Virus record (IMG/VR): IMGVR_UViG_2899584989_000006
Coordinates: 359-64,358 of that record
Strand: one strand, 5' to 3'
Origin: a virus
Length of the DNA: 64,000 nt
Positions 48,001 through 57,287 of this stretch are shown here, piece by piece. Each line of letters starts with the position of its first letter. Within the stretch, counting starts at the first letter, position 1. Position numbers and translations under genes: made by a program. The notes under the pieces are model-generated. The model was not told the origin of the DNA, ran no database searches, and was given only the letters and a program-made list of their open reading frames with translations.

Positions 48001-51000
48001 CCAGAACCACGTTTCGACCACCATTATTCTCAGATATCCATTGGGCTTTTAGCAACATACTATTAGCCCTTTGTGACGCACTCGTATCGATACCTTTAAC
48101 GTTCGACATCTTACTTGGGAACCCGATCTTCTTATAATTATGCGCCTCGTCGATGAACAAAGCGTCAACACCCATTTGCTCAAACGTCATGACGTTATCA
48201 GTCCGCCTGTCAAGAATACGCTCAGTCTTGGCCGTGATAGTCTCCGCTGTCTTTGCCTTGCCCTTTACGTTTTTCCCTTTCTTTATACCTTCCAGAGAAT
48301 CACGCATACTCTTGGCCTCCCTTTTTAATCTCTCCTGTAAAGCCTTGTCTTCTATGCGATCGATAGCCTCCTCAAAATCATCTATACGCTTTTGGATATA
48401 TGCCTTTTTCCTTTCCTCGCTATCCGGGATAAACGCCATGAATGACTGTGGGACAACGATAGCGTCAAAATCTCCGGTAGCTATAAGATTGAACAGCCTT
48501 GTCCTATTATCGGCGTTACGCTCCTCCTTTGTCGGAGATAGAATCTTAGCGGAAGGATACAGTTTATAAAAGTCACGGACGAAATCCTCTAGGGTAGCGT
48601 TTTGGACAACGATCATGGGTTTCTTCGCTATACCTAGCCGTCTCATTTCCATAGCGGACGTAATCATGGTAAAGGTCTTTCCCGTACCGACTTGGTGAGC
48701 GAGTAACGTGCTCTCGGATAGACAACGTTGCACCGCCTTGCTCTGGTGATCCCTAAGTGTTATATTCTTATTAGCGTTAGGATAATGCTCAAAAACCGGT
48801 TTGTCATACTTTTTTAGTACATAGTTGTTATATTTATCATTATACACGTCCTCAATACGACCATGGAACATCGTTTTAGAATCAATATACTCCACGAACT
48901 TATCGGACATGTCGGATATTTTCTCGGCAACGGCCTGTGTCTCCTGCTCGTTTACGACCCTTCTCGTTTTCTGCTTACCGTCCTCATAATATTTAATCTC
49001 GTCATAAACCTTGGGTTTACGTTGGTTAAGAGCGGCCTTGAACACGTCTATAGCGTCCATTCTCTCAGTCTTGAATTGACCGGCTTTAGCGTAATCGGTT
49101 ATGAACGCCCTCTTATCAAGAATATACTCACCGATCTCCGGGATAAAATTAGCGTTGGCGTAAGATATACCCAGTACATTATCAGCGAAATTATTTATAA
49201 ACTCAGACGGGATCCATGTAGTCCCCAGTCGATAACTTATCTCACCATAGGGTATACGTTCAGGCTGTACGGCTTCCAAGTCATCCACGTTTTTTTGAAA
49301 CTCCGGATGATCTTCCAAGGCCGCCCTAGCCTCTACCAACTTATCTTTTACGTTTCCAGAGAGATATTCACTCTTATCTATTATATTGCCGGTAACAGGA
49401 TCCCTATAAGCAATTCCCTTCTCTAGTATCTCGTTTGTCACGTTCACCTCATCCATACCCGTTATCTCCGAGATATAAGGTATATCAATATTACCTTTAT
49501 ATGACTTGCTTATATTGACGGCATCCAAGACATTATCCGCTTTTGTCGGTAGCTCGAATGGATAACTTACACGCTTATTCAAGATACCATCCGCTTTCGA
49601 GACTTCCCAGACCATGGATTTTCCGGTCGTGGAAGGTACCCTTCTAACGGTCTCCAAAGAGAAGGGTAATCCATGCTCAACATCCTCGGCGAAAATATCG
49701 TCCAAAGCCTTGTTCCTGTTAAGTGTCCCATATTTGGACACGAAAGCATCATATACTTTGTTTAGCCTTTTCCTCGCGGGCTCGGGATCCACACCCTTTG
49801 TTTGCTCATCATGGATAAGATCGTATAGATTTTTCTTTATATCATTGTAATCATTTACCGCATCCGCTATTTTCCGGGTCTTACCATTATGAACGAACGT
49901 AGGATTTGCCTTAATCGGTTTTAACGAGTCCCCATCTAAAACAAAGACATTGCCATTCTGGACGGTAATAGTACCATCTTTCAAAGTGGAGTCATCCACA
50001 ACCTCCGGCCCTTTAGTCTCTACAACACCTGATAGGATATTCTTTGGTAAGTTATCAATAGCGTTAAGTAGCTCCTTGCTTAAATCGGCCCCGGGTTTGG
50101 CTTTCAATGTCTGGGACGCTCCACTATATAGACCTCCGCTACCAGCGTCATAAGCGGTCATCATATCACCTAACATCATATCGGGATGATTTGAGAAATA
50201 CTCGTTAACCATGATAGGCTTGCTCCTTTTATCCCCGTCCTCCATATAAGTTCCTTCACCTATTTGCGTTGTAGTAGTGAACCCTATCCCATTCGAAGGT
50301 TCCCCATACTTTCTTTTACGGAATATAACGATGTCAGCCGTGACACTCGTGCCGGCCCCTTTCTGGAAAGCGTCATTAGGCAATCGGATAGCTCCGACCA
50401 GATCATAGCCGTTTCCACTCACGTACTCACGGAACTTACTATCGGCCCCATCCATCGTAGCCGAGGACGTGACGAATACGCCGAGACCACCTTCTTTCAA
50501 TTCCAGAAGCCCCTTTAGGATAAAATAATTATGGAGATTATAAGAGGAACCAAGTTTCTTCCTGAATTGCTTATCTAAAACCTTATCATATGGAGCGTTT
50601 TTCCCGAATGGGACGTTGGTGATAACTAAGTCTTTCGAGTTTGGAGAAAACGCTTTCTCATATCCTTGTACCTTTATATTAGCGTCAGGATATAAAGCCT
50701 TTGCCATACGACCGGATAAACTATCTATCTCGAACCCACTTATACTTGAGTTTTCAGATATAGACCTAGGCATCATACCGATTATGTTGCCTATACCCAT
50801 AGCGGGTTCACTGATATTGCCACCCTTGAATCCAAGTTTCTCCGTTATTCCCCATAAGCTTTCCACGACCTCGGACGGGGTATAATGAGAGGTTGTCGTG
50901 GAACGGACGGCACTGTCGAACTCTTCTTTACTTAATAAGGATTTTAGTTTCTCATAATAACGTAGATACTTATCATTCCAATTTCGATCCTTAGTCCAAT

Positions 51001-54000
51001 TGTTGTCACGTGCGTTGTATTTGCCTTCGTTCAAGGCTTCGGCCAAACCTCCCCATCCAACGTACCTTGACATCTTGGCTTGTTGTTCCGGGGTAGGTTT
51101 TCCTTGGCCGTCCTCTACGTCTTTCAGCGTTTCTATCGCCTCAATATTGGCTTTTAGCTTGGATATATCACCGGAAGGAAGCTCAATACCTTTCTCCGGG
51201 AAGCTGAAATTGTTTTGATTCCTTACAACAGGCCGCTTGTCGCTGTCGCTGATAGGTATTCCTCGGCCTCGCTCCGTGTCAAGCACATCACTTCCATGCA
51301 CGCCTCCACGGTCTCCTCCGCGTTCAGATCCTCGATCCTCTTCCCGTGCTTTTCTTCCCACGCCTTGATCCGCTCTTGAATTTCCTTGCTCATTGTCTTT
51401 AATATTATTAGGAGTGAATAAATCGTTACCATACAAAGGTAATGGTTTGTCCTTGTTGTCCGTTCGCTTTTTCCGGCTATTTTTTATTTTTTTCTCCGCG
51501 GCACTCGCTTGTCCGGCAATCTCAGTCTCTTTAACCACGGTCTCAGCGGCATCCATTATATCCGGGACTGGCTTATCAAAATTAGCTACATCAAACGAAC
51601 GGACATCCTCATAAGTGGTCATATCCTTATCCCATCCGTTCTCTCCTACTTCCGGTAAATCCCTCGCTCCATTGTAGAATGATTTAAGATACGGTCGTAT
51701 AGCGTCACCTAGATCATCGATCATAGCCTTTGAGTAATCAGAGAACTTACGCAAGCCTTTCTCTATATGATAAACCGCCATTTCAGTACCTATCGCCAAT
51801 ATCTCAGGATCAACACCCATATTCATTTGACCGCCTAGTTTCTTGCGCATGCGCTCACGGAGTTCCGCATACCGTTCATCGGTAACAAGGCGGTTACCGC
51901 TAGGGGTAACGGTACGATCGCTCAATTTGGCTTTGCCCTTATCGTTGATATCACCAATAAGGTTTTCTACATTTACCTTTTGAGGCTCTACGACCCTGCG
52001 TGTGTCTTCAAGAGAAATAGGTTGCGCATCGCTTACGGCATCGGTATCGCCAAGAATGGTATCAGCCAACCGCCTTGCGCTTTCATCGCTACGCATCATG
52101 AAACCTCGCTGTTCCCTGTCATACCAACCCTTTTCAGCCTTGGCTAGCTCTTTGGCGGCACGTTGCTGTTCCTTCGATAATTCATTACCGAACTTCAATA
52201 GCCACATATCAAGAACTTTTCCTTTCTTGGTAGTATATTGGGAGGAAACAATGCTATAATTATCAGAATCATTATTTTTAGAAATATCGCTTTCCTCCTG
52301 TTTAATTCCCTTATACTCATAGAAGGGCTTTGTTTTGCGAGTCGAGGAATCAATCCATTTCTTGAACCCATCCAACGTGACCCCGGTAATGTTGCCTAAC
52401 CCTTGCCAACCCTCCTCATAGTTTGACAAGTAAGCGGACCTAGCGTCTTCCAAGGAAGGGAATCCCATCATAACCTTATGCTCATCGAATGAGCCATCAG
52501 TATTCACCTGATCCACGACATACACCATGTCACTATTCATATCCGGACCTAGGAATACGTCTATATGATCACCATCCACACTTTCAGTACCTCGAATGTA
52601 ACCGTAAGTGTTATTCATGACCTGCGACCACTCCTTTCCGCTAGCGTCCTTACCGGAACGGACGGAACCGGCGGGCTGCTCTATGGTGACATCAAAACCG
52701 TTTATCTTTATATGGCCTTTCTTGTAATTGCCGGCCTCTTTCTGCGCCTCGGTTGGATTGGTATCAACCTTTAGCTCCTCTTCGTGCAATCTCTTAGCCT
52801 CAACTATGCGCTCGGCATAGTCCAATGGGGTCTCATTCTCCTTTGGAGAAGGAGCGACAAAAGGAACTAGTCCCCTTGATGAGCCTTCTTGTGTAGCTCC
52901 ATCCGTGCGATCAATGTCGGGGCCAGCCGATTCTCTTCCCTCAACCTCTCCAGTTCCCCCGGTCTGATCAAGTTGTTCTCTTGGCAGTACCTCGCCGCCT
53001 CCCTCGCGTAAGCCATCGCCTCCGCTTTCGTCATTTCCTTCAATGTTTTCATTTTCTATCGGTTTATTTTGCGCTAAGATAGCGTCTATTTCATTTTGTT
53101 CGTCAATTATGGCCTGTATTTCATCCACGATTTGCGAATCAAGCTCGCCTCGCTCCTCATCAGTCAATTGTTTCTCCGAGAAATCACGTACCATGCTTTC
53201 CTCATACGCCTCGTATTCTTCCGGGGACATATGATAATTCTCCTCGCACCACTCAGCGTAAGCGTTGTACTCGGCCTGTCTCTCACGCTCAGCGATCGCC
53301 TCACGGTTCCTCTTGACATAATCGATCAAGTCTCCACGTGTATGAGCGGAAGACAAGACCTCTATGATAGCGTCCCTTCCGGCGTTCGTATCGTTCTCAT
53401 CGAAGAAGTTAGTGCCATTCTCCCTATCGGCAAGCTCCAATATCTCACCCGCCCTCTCTATATTAACACCGCCTTTCTCCGGAGAGGCGAACAGTCCGAA
53501 CATCCTCGCTGTCTCATTATTCCCGGCACCGGTCTCTTTCTTGTAACTGTCACGTGTCAATTTGATCGCCCCATTAGCCAGCATCATGGCCGCAAGCTCC
53601 TCTCCGCTCATAGGATCACCTATCACGGAGATCTCCTTCGCTATGACATCACCCGGCTTCTTGCTGGCCTCCTTGATATCATCATCAAGATTAGCCCAGA
53701 AATCAGCCTCGACCTTGATCGCCTCATATTCTTGTCGGGCTTTTATCAATGCGGCCTCAGGCTTATCCTCTTTTCCGATAGGGGCATCATCGTATGCCTC
53801 TTGCGCCTTTTCCAAGGCATCAGACGCTTTTTTAAGGCTTTCATCGAAAGACTTTCTCGTCACCTCGATCTTCCTTGGCATCTTATCGCCATATTTATCA
53901 TAGAGGAAATCCAAGGCCATATCCGTTCCTGATGATACGAAATCGGGTGTACCATCTTCTCGCATGACCATGGAAGGATTCTCTACATTGCTAGGTTGTG

Positions 54001-56251
54001 CTATCTGATCAATGGCACCTTCCGTCTCAATCTCACTCGTTGGCTGGTTGATCGCATCTTCCACGGGAGGTGCAGAGGTTATCTCGGCATCAGCACTTGC
54101 AACATTATCATCCTCTGGCGACACCACATTAACTTGTTGAGCGTCATATATGGCATCTTGAAGATCAAGAATCTCATTCTCTGTTATAGGCATTGCTGGA
54201 GAAGAGCCATTCTTGGCTGTCACCTGCCCGGTTTCTCTATCATAAGCCGCAGGTTGAGCGATCCAATCACCGTTCTCATCTTGTCCTTGAAGGATAAACG
54301 CATTATCCCCGTTCCATACGATCAACCCCGGCTTTGGTAATTGCGTCTTGGGATTATGATGCATGGTCATGTCAAGCTCGGACTGGCGGGTAGCCAATAA
54401 TTGATCCTCATAGGTTCGTCTCATATGACCGGCATCTTGCTCTACTATATCGCTCAACCTTTTCACCGAGACCATCCGATCCTGTCCGTTATCGGAAATA
54501 ACGGCTTTATCTCCCTCGATACTCCTAACGTACACAGGTCTTTCCTCATTTCCCTCGCTAAGCGTAGCCGTGGTAACGATAGACTGACCATCAGGATTCG
54601 TGGTAACATAAGGAGTAATATTATTGGCAACGTAAGTTTCAACCTCATTGTCTATTTCCTCTCCTATACGATCCTGCAAACCGGATATCCTGAGATAATC
54701 AGCGTAGAAATCCTCGGCTAACGGACGGGCATCCGCATTAACCCCATCAAGAAGGCTCATCACTTGGGCCTCGCTAGCTCCATCATCCACATAGCTTTCT
54801 ATCGTACTAACCAAACCCGGAACCATTCCAGATAGGGAAAGCCTTGTCTCTTCCATCTTTTTGCTCGCCGTCCGTATATCGCCCGGATCAGTCATATTGC
54901 GTCCTTGCTCCTCTGCCTCGGCAAACCTAGACTTAGTTAATAGAGGAGGAGTTTCAACGCCTTGATCTGTTACATTTGAATCGGTGATAGGCTGCTGAGC
55001 CTGTTTGCCTTCTATTTTATCCGCTACGTATTGCGCGCCTTTAGCCAACGCTCCGGCCCCGGTGAAATAAGCGCCGCCTCCCATACCATAGACAAAGCTC
55101 TGCAATACACCATCGGTCAAATCCCTTTCCGGATCCGCGCCTGTTATCTTATCCGTTATATTCTCCGCTAGCGTGGAAGATACCTCTTCGATACCTTCAT
55201 TTACAGGCTCGAAAAACATACCGAATTTTTTATAGAACTCTTGCATCTTACCCATTATGCCACGCTTGATAGCCTCTTGCGCCTTTTCCTTTCCTAACGT
55301 CTTGAATAAGGTTGACATCCAAGCCTTGGATACGCCAGCGCCCAGCATCTCAGACAAGGATTCTGCCGTACCTGTAAGAATAGCGTTAGATACCTTTGCG
55401 AACTCTCCCATGTTTGGGTTATTCTGGTCAAGATCATCATATTTCTGGCTAGCCACTATTGACCCTATACCTGCGAGTCCGGCCGCTGGAGCTCCGGCCA
55501 TTGTAGCGGCCATGGCCCCGATTGACATCGGAAGCGACTCTACGCCTTGCAAGGCTATATCACCTATGGCACCCATATAATTCCCTTCTTTCCAAAGATC
55601 GGTGAAATCCTTGCCATTGTATCTGTTTGACCTTGCCCGGGAAAACTCCGCATCAGCCTTAAATATATCTGAGATATCCTTGAATGCCCCGCCACGTGGG
55701 ATCAGTCCTCCCGTTGCGGATTCCAACCCTTTAGCCGCCTTATCCAAGACCCCAAATATACCGGCACCAAGATCGGCTCCTCCTGCGTTAAGTTTCTGTA
55801 TAGCGTCTCCTACCCAAGTATTCATGAAAGAAGAATCCTTCTCATACTCCGTAGGAGGTGGAGGAGTAGCGGTCTCAATCTTTCCTTTTTTACGCAAGGA
55901 CTCAAAATTATAATCGGCAGAATTATCCCATGGATTAACATACTCGGATTGATCTGATTTGGGAATATCAACCTCTTGTCTTAGGGATATAGGAGGAGGA
56001 TTAACACTTGATTGGGAAACATAGTCTGTCTCTTTAATATTCTCGTTATTAATTGGAGCATAGCCTAATTTACTCTCGAATTGGGAGAAATCTCCTAAAT
56101 CTTGCCATCCATCTTTTTTCAAGACATCATAAAGCATTTCACGCTTACCTGAGTCTTTCAATTTCCCCTCAAAAGAGGAAAAATCGCCCAAATCAGTATA
56201 TCCATCGCTTTTTAAAGCGTCATATAATTTTCTGGTATTGTTCACTTCCAT
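42017..56251 (-). CDS. Large polyvalent (DarB-like) protein, 4744 aa: PPase-like, N6-adenine MTase, SNF2 helicase, zincin peptidase, LPD38-like C-terminus
   Basis: YGYIRGT..VDGDHIDVF..FDEHKV; EPAMGIGN and ITNVPF; HQVGTGKT, DEAH, QRNGRILRQGN; HEVVGHHG; C-terminal Y.DLPEYVR.NN. Confidence 0.88.
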   Translation of the reverse strand: MEVNNTRKLYDALKSDGYTDLGDFSSFEGKLKDSGKREMLYDVLKKDGWQDLGDFSQFESKLGYAPINNENIKETDYVSQSSVNPPPISLRQEVDIPKSDQSEYVNPWDNSADYNFESLRKKGKIETATPPPPTEYEKDSSFMNTWVGDAIQKLNAGGADLGAGIFGVLDKAAKGLESATGGLIPRGGAFKDISDIFKADAEFSRARSNRYNGKDFTDLWKEGNYMGAIGDIALQGVESLPMSIGAMAATMAGAPAAGLAGIGSIVASQKYDDLDQNNPNMGEFAKVSNAILTGTAESLSEMLGAGVSKAWMSTLFKTLGKEKAQEAIKRGIMGKMQEFYKKFGMFFEPVNEGIEEVSSTLAENITDKITGADPERDLTDGVLQSFVYGMGGGAYFTGAGALAKGAQYVADKIEGKQAQQPITDSNVTDQGVETPPLLTKSRFAEAEEQGRNMTDPGDIRTASKKMEETRLSLSGMVPGLVSTIESYVDDGASEAQVMSLLDGVNADARPLAEDFYADYLRISGLQDRIGEEIDNEVETYVANNITPYVTTNPDGQSIVTTATLSEGNEERPVYVRSIEGDKAVISDNGQDRMVSVKRLSDIVEQDAGHMRRTYEDQLLATRQSELDMTMHHNPKTQLPKPGLIVWNGDNAFILQGQDENGDWIAQPAAYDRETGQVTAKNGSSPAMPITENEILDLQDAIYDAQQVNVVSPEDDNVASADAEITSAPPVEDAINQPTSEIETEGAIDQIAQPSNVENPSMVMREDGTPDFVSSGTDMALDFLYDKYGDKMPRKIEVTRKSFDESLKKASDALEKAQEAYDDAPIGKEDKPEAALIKARQEYEAIKVEADFWANLDDDIKEASKKPGDVIAKEISVIGDPMSGEELAAMMLANGAIKLTRDSYKKETGAGNNETARMFGLFASPEKGGVNIERAGEILELADRENGTNFFDENDTNAGRDAIIEVLSSAHTRGDLIDYVKRNREAIAERERQAEYNAYAEWCEENYHMSPEEYEAYEESMVRDFSEKQLTDEERGELDSQIVDEIQAIIDEQNEIDAILAQNKPIENENIEGNDESGGDGLREGGGEVLPREQLDQTGGTGEVEGRESAGPDIDRTDGATQEGSSRGLVPFVAPSPKENETPLDYAERIVEAKRLHEEELKVDTNPTEAQKEAGNYKKGHIKINGFDVTIEQPAGSVRSGKDASGKEWSQVMNNTYGYIRGTESVDGDHIDVFLGPDMNSDMVYVVDQVNTDGSFDEHKVMMGFPSLEDARSAYLSNYEEGWQGLGNITGVTLDGFKKWIDSSTRKTKPFYEYKGIKQEESDISKNNDSDNYSIVSSQYTTKKGKVLDMWLLKFGNELSKEQQRAAKELAKAEKGWYDREQRGFMMRSDESARRLADTILGDTDAVSDAQPISLEDTRRVVEPQKVNVENLIGDINDKGKAKLSDRTVTPSGNRLVTDERYAELRERMRKKLGGQMNMGVDPEILAIGTEMAVYHIEKGLRKFSDYSKAMIDDLGDAIRPYLKSFYNGARDLPEVGENGWDKDMTTYEDVRSFDVANFDKPVPDIMDAAETVVKETEIAGQASAAEKKIKNSRKKRTDNKDKPLPLYGNDLFTPNNIKDNEQGNSRADQGVGRKAREEDRGSERGGDRGGVHGSDVLDTERGRGIPISDSDKRPVVRNQNNFSFPEKGIELPSGDISKLKANIEAIETLKDVEDGQGKPTPEQQAKMSRYVGWGGLAEALNEGKYNARDNNWTKDRNWNDKYLRYYEKLKSLLSKEEFDSAVRSTTTSHYTPSEVVESLWGITEKLGFKGGNISEPAMGIGNIIGMMPRSISENSSISGFEIDSLSGRMAKALYPDANIKVQGYEKAFSPNSKDLVITNVPFGKNAPYDKVLDKQFRKKLGSSYNLHNYFILKGLLELKEGGLGVFVTSSATMDGADSKFREYVSGNGYDLVGAIRLPNDAFQKGAGTSVTADIVIFRKRKYGEPSNGIGFTTTTQIGEGTYMEDGDKRSKPIMVNEYFSNHPDMMLGDMMTAYDAGSGGLYSGASQTLKAKPGADLSKELLNAIDNLPKNILSGVVETKGPEVVDDSTLKDGTITVQNGNVFVLDGDSLKPIKANPTFVHNGKTRKIADAVNDYNDIKKNLYDLIHDEQTKGVDPEPARKRLNKVYDAFVSKYGTLNRNKALDDIFAEDVEHGLPFSLETVRRVPSTTGKSMVWEVSKADGILNKRVSYPFELPTKADNVLDAVNISKSYKGNIDIPYISEITGMDEVNVTNEILEKGIAYRDPVTGNIIDKSEYLSGNVKDKLVEARAALEDHPEFQKNVDDLEAVQPERIPYGEISYRLGTTWIPSEFINNFADNVLGISYANANFIPEIGEYILDKRAFITDYAKAGQFKTERMDAIDVFKAALNQRKPKVYDEIKYYEDGKQKTRRVVNEQETQAVAEKISDMSDKFVEYIDSKTMFHGRIEDVYNDKYNNYVLKKYDKPVFEHYPNANKNITLRDHQSKAVQRCLSESTLLAHQVGTGKTFTMITSAMEMRRLGIAKKPMIVVQNATLEDFVRDFYKLYPSAKILSPTKEERNADNRTRLFNLIATGDFDAIVVPQSFMAFIPDSEERKKAYIQKRIDDFEEAIDRIEDKALQERLKREAKSMRDSLEGIKKGKNVKGKAKTAETITAKTERILDRRTDNVMTFEQMGVDALFIDEAHNYKKIGFPSKMSNVKGIDTSASQRANSMLLKAQWISENNGGRNVVLATGTPITNTMAEVWTMMNFVAPDILDAYNINSFDEFATTFGTVEPSLEFTATGNFKIAERFKSYTNVPELIKAFRSHTDVVLTEDVKEFKEDKNIPKLKDDKMTNVIVEKNEDLEDVMQTLIKELEDYNKLTGKEKKDKSALPLVVFSKAKQAAIDLRLLNPTFPDNPDSKTNKVVDNVLRLYKESDKDKGTQLIFCDSYQSPSETPKMDLFDVDLSVPQFNLYNDIKEKLIKGGIPSNQIAIVGNYEGERRNALFDKVRNGDVRILIGSTEKMGVGVNVQDRLFALHHIDAPIRPMDFEQRNGRILRQGNLYATWDKPVNIVTYGVKGTLDATAYDRLRIKQNFINQMMKGDISSRVMEEQDDSDPSGMTFSEMAATLSGDKTAQLLFVAQNKLKKLQNSKRSDLNSKSSMRDSISNSKLRIQEYNSRKDIMERNANIVKENFPDGVESVTVKGNTFSDGISNELTPIIDDYYDRYTLDRNTPPLKISLNGGKGEAIVHFNEGMMVYSLYLGKEKLVENRDFSGGRGLMASIDRQLGIPAKSVSDIATKIKAEENKIAGLEEAVKKPWGKEDELNAAQAEVNDLQRQLVEKAKAEDIQLESTLDVDGTLVKEEGETRFRFMGVDTTNNQDNVSSIESSINDWSNKLNTPVRVIHDVDDITDTDENMLARKRDSKGWYDTSTGEIVIVSPNSTSVGDAQRTFLHEVVGHHGLRELFGDDFDTFLDNVYRNANEDIRKNIIDRTKGNPLNLREATEEYIAELAERGFDNKAERSLWEKIKDAFLDMLRKAGISLDFKLSDNDLRYILWRSYKNLEQGNLMDVAEDIVMRNRLSLNNINLNENGSIARDIEPEKGKQPSETKGTGRELETIDGVDENGNESERDHIDKPRGVENAIDGTENATDRNGKKTDGQVDNDGDQLGGGDTGDRNGSVRDGIGGDRTVIGRAGSENKGRGVGKSVREKTDDFAFAEKTIRFRENARNESVLFADNDIQVVEKQVGSAKDQYERTLSTSSYQFQEAFQDSMLGLKTLQDAVAKATRSRILDYENAYMAENALSSVNEAEFNAYRKAAFEPILKAMSRLEKMGSTIDEIRDYLITKHGIERNREMAVKRALSQNSETYKSLLDEYIGRRNEIRENGRSWEEQQSEMDRLAEEYGANLSDDFSGFTSMYPNEDNTGYDPDSARRYVLDYESRYDTSELSASVKRATDAILAKQRDSGLMSQNTFDSISDMYQFYVPLRGWEETTADEVYAYLTSESQTFNAPIKTVVGRKSKADDPIATIANMAESGIMQGNRNLMKQKFLTMVQNHKTDLVSVSEMWVRLDEASGEWIAVFPDIPSNANPEQVESIVESFNKRMEELSNEKGSNVRRSRDAIGIPYKILPKDLKEHQVIVKRAGKEYVLTINGNPRAAQALNGLTNPDNTKGWFGTVERYAGWLNRNLAANFTTRNPNFMVSNFLRDALYSNTTVWVKESPVYAWKFNKNFAKVTPINMYRLVKGYENGTLDMSDPLNKAYHDFVMRGGETGYTNLRDVEAKKKAIQKELQYSKQKVSIGKALKILGEWMDLFNKSVENCARFTAFLTSREIGRSMDKSIYDAKEISVNFNKKGAGSKFLNTEGQTKIGNASAFTSGLSRSMYVFWNAGVQGMYNFGRLAKDNPKKFLGLASSFYLLGTIMPMIAAAFGDDEDDDYYDLPEYVRRNNICFRNGGGNWITIPMPIELRAIYGLGEMSSGIVSGKEKYTDKKMAMKIAEQMSQVLPLNMMEGGGGFSAFVPSSVKPLIEAGDNKDWTGLPLYKDNDFNKGMPEWTKAFKSVDPAILAMTKYANELTGGDKYTTGTVNLNPAIIEHILDGYFGGIEATRSQMVKSAETAWGSRDFDWRNIPVGNRLIKSGDERTKKKAIDNAYYENLEEMDKIGQKLRGYRKELSNPQNDSFDIAEYQKKLNNLMMSDEYRGYVEFNNLNKLYQSMGEYLKKVDDERLEMELYDLKAMMNEIANGK
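45127..45480 (-). CDS. Nested +1-frame coiled-coil protein (117 aa) inside the giant gene
   Basis: Heptad pattern ending LKTRVEALEKA; A-rich start AATATAAATTTGAACGAAA-ATG; host frame here is a low-complexity linker. Confidence 0.65.
   Translation of the reverse strand: MDQSQEILNLKKENNLLKQKVLEGNSRQSMALMRTETKVNETISTNQGELKTLLTELKTQLTEMEKRLTAKLTTMETNLAEEIRAIGTEVSGMESAVIGLSSDVQDLKTRVEALEKA
51223..51393 (-). CDS. Nested +1-frame helical protein (56 aa) inside the giant gene
   Basis: MSKEIQERIKAWEEKHGKRIEDL...; start context AATAATATTAAAGACA-ATG. Confidence 0.6.
   Translation of the reverse strand: MSKEIQERIKAWEEKHGKRIEDLNAEETVEACMEVMCLTRSEAEEYLSATATSGLL
52867..53052 (-). CDS. Nested +1-frame helical protein (61 aa) inside the giant gene
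   Basis: MKTLKEMTKAEAMAYAREAARYC...; start context AAAATAAACCGATAGAAA-ATG. Confidence 0.6.
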   Translation of the reverse strand: MKTLKEMTKAEAMAYAREAARYCQENNLIRPGELERLREENRLAPTLIARMELHKKAHQGD

Positions 56252-56255
56252 AATT

Positions 56256-57287
56256 TTACCAACCTACATTTTTAGAACTCGAATTATTATCCCAACCTAT
56301 ACTTTTCTTGTTAGTACTAGTAGAAGAACCTCCCGATCCAATTATCTGATCAAACTCATCGTATAATTCCGGGAAATTCTGAATATTACTCATGACAATA
56401 GCGGCTTGTTTGGTCTTTTGGTCTCCACCTTCACCAAACTGCCACGATATATCCGATATACTCTTATTCTCTTTTGGATGATCTTCCGCATACTCCAACA
56501 TCCTCTTATACATATAAGCGATAACCCCATCTTTATCCTTACCGGACAAAGTGAAACGTTTACCGTTTCTGCCGATGATGTCAATAGACTTATCCGCCCC
56601 AGAGCCATTAGCTTTAGCGGTACGATATTGCTCAAGACTACGGAGATTGGATTGCCTTATACCCAACTCTCTCTCTTTATATGCGGCATCCTGTTTCATC
56701 TTCCGCTCCTCCCTGTCATTCTTTATTGCGAATTGAGCGGCACTTTGCGCGATCTTGGCTTTTGCCAAATCATTCTGGGCTTTTCTCGCTTGATCCTGTC
56801 TATAAAGCTGCAATGCCCTTTGATAATTATTGATGTCGTTTTGCCTTGCGGCCAGATACCCGGCCCCGTATCTTTGCCTGATAGCCTCCAACCTGTCAGA
56901 ATAGGATTGTAGTTTAGGATCAGCTACGGTGGGTAGTTTCTGCGAAGGTGCCTCTCCCGCGAATGCCAAATTGGAGAAGGAAGACAACACATTGCCTAGA
57001 TGCCCGATTCCAGTAGCTACGGAAGCGGCCCGTTTTCTTCTCTCCTCCTCCTCTTGGCTTATCGGCTTTTGAAAAAGCGTCTCATATAACCTTTGGTTCC
57101 ATTGGTAATCGTTCATTTGAGGCTCGACAACGCTCGCTTGCGGAGCGGTCTCATCCGTATTATCCACGGTTGGAGCTATAGGGTTCTGGCTTCCGGCAAC
57201 CTCCGGCTCAACCAATGGCGTAGTGGACAATTCCGGCCTTTGAACGACCGGAGTCCTTTTCCTATTATATCTTTCCTCTAATGTCAT
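56256..57287 (-). CDS. Probable ejection (internal virion) protein
   Basis: Gln/Ala-rich coiled coil, in operon with the giant protein. Confidence 0.6.
   Translation of the reverse strand: MTLEERYNRKRTPVVQRPELSTTPLVEPEVAGSQNPIAPTVDNTDETAPQASVVEPQMNDYQWNQRLYETLFQKPISQEEEERRKRAASVATGIGHLGNVLSSFSNLAFAGEAPSQKLPTVADPKLQSYSDRLEAIRQRYGAGYLAARQNDINNYQRALQLYRQDQARKAQNDLAKAKIAQSAAQFAIKNDREERKMKQDAAYKERELGIRQSNLRSLEQYRTAKANGSGADKSIDIIGRNGKRFTLSGKDKDGVIAYMYKRMLEYAEDHPKENKSISDISWQFGEGGDQKTKQAAIVMSNIQNFPELYDEFDQIIGSGGSSTSTNKKSIGWDNNSSSKNVGW

Noticed and set aside
44344..54648. Other +1-frame ORFs in the giant gene (44344-44709, 47041-47271, 54463-54648)
   Set aside because: They overlie well-formed main-frame sequence, lack A-rich starts and have non-protein-like composition
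42116..56253. Many plus-strand ORFs opposite the giant gene (and similar shadows opposite capsid, portal and ppdK)
   Set aside because: Antisense shadow ORFs with Ser/Ile/Leu-biased composition and no start context
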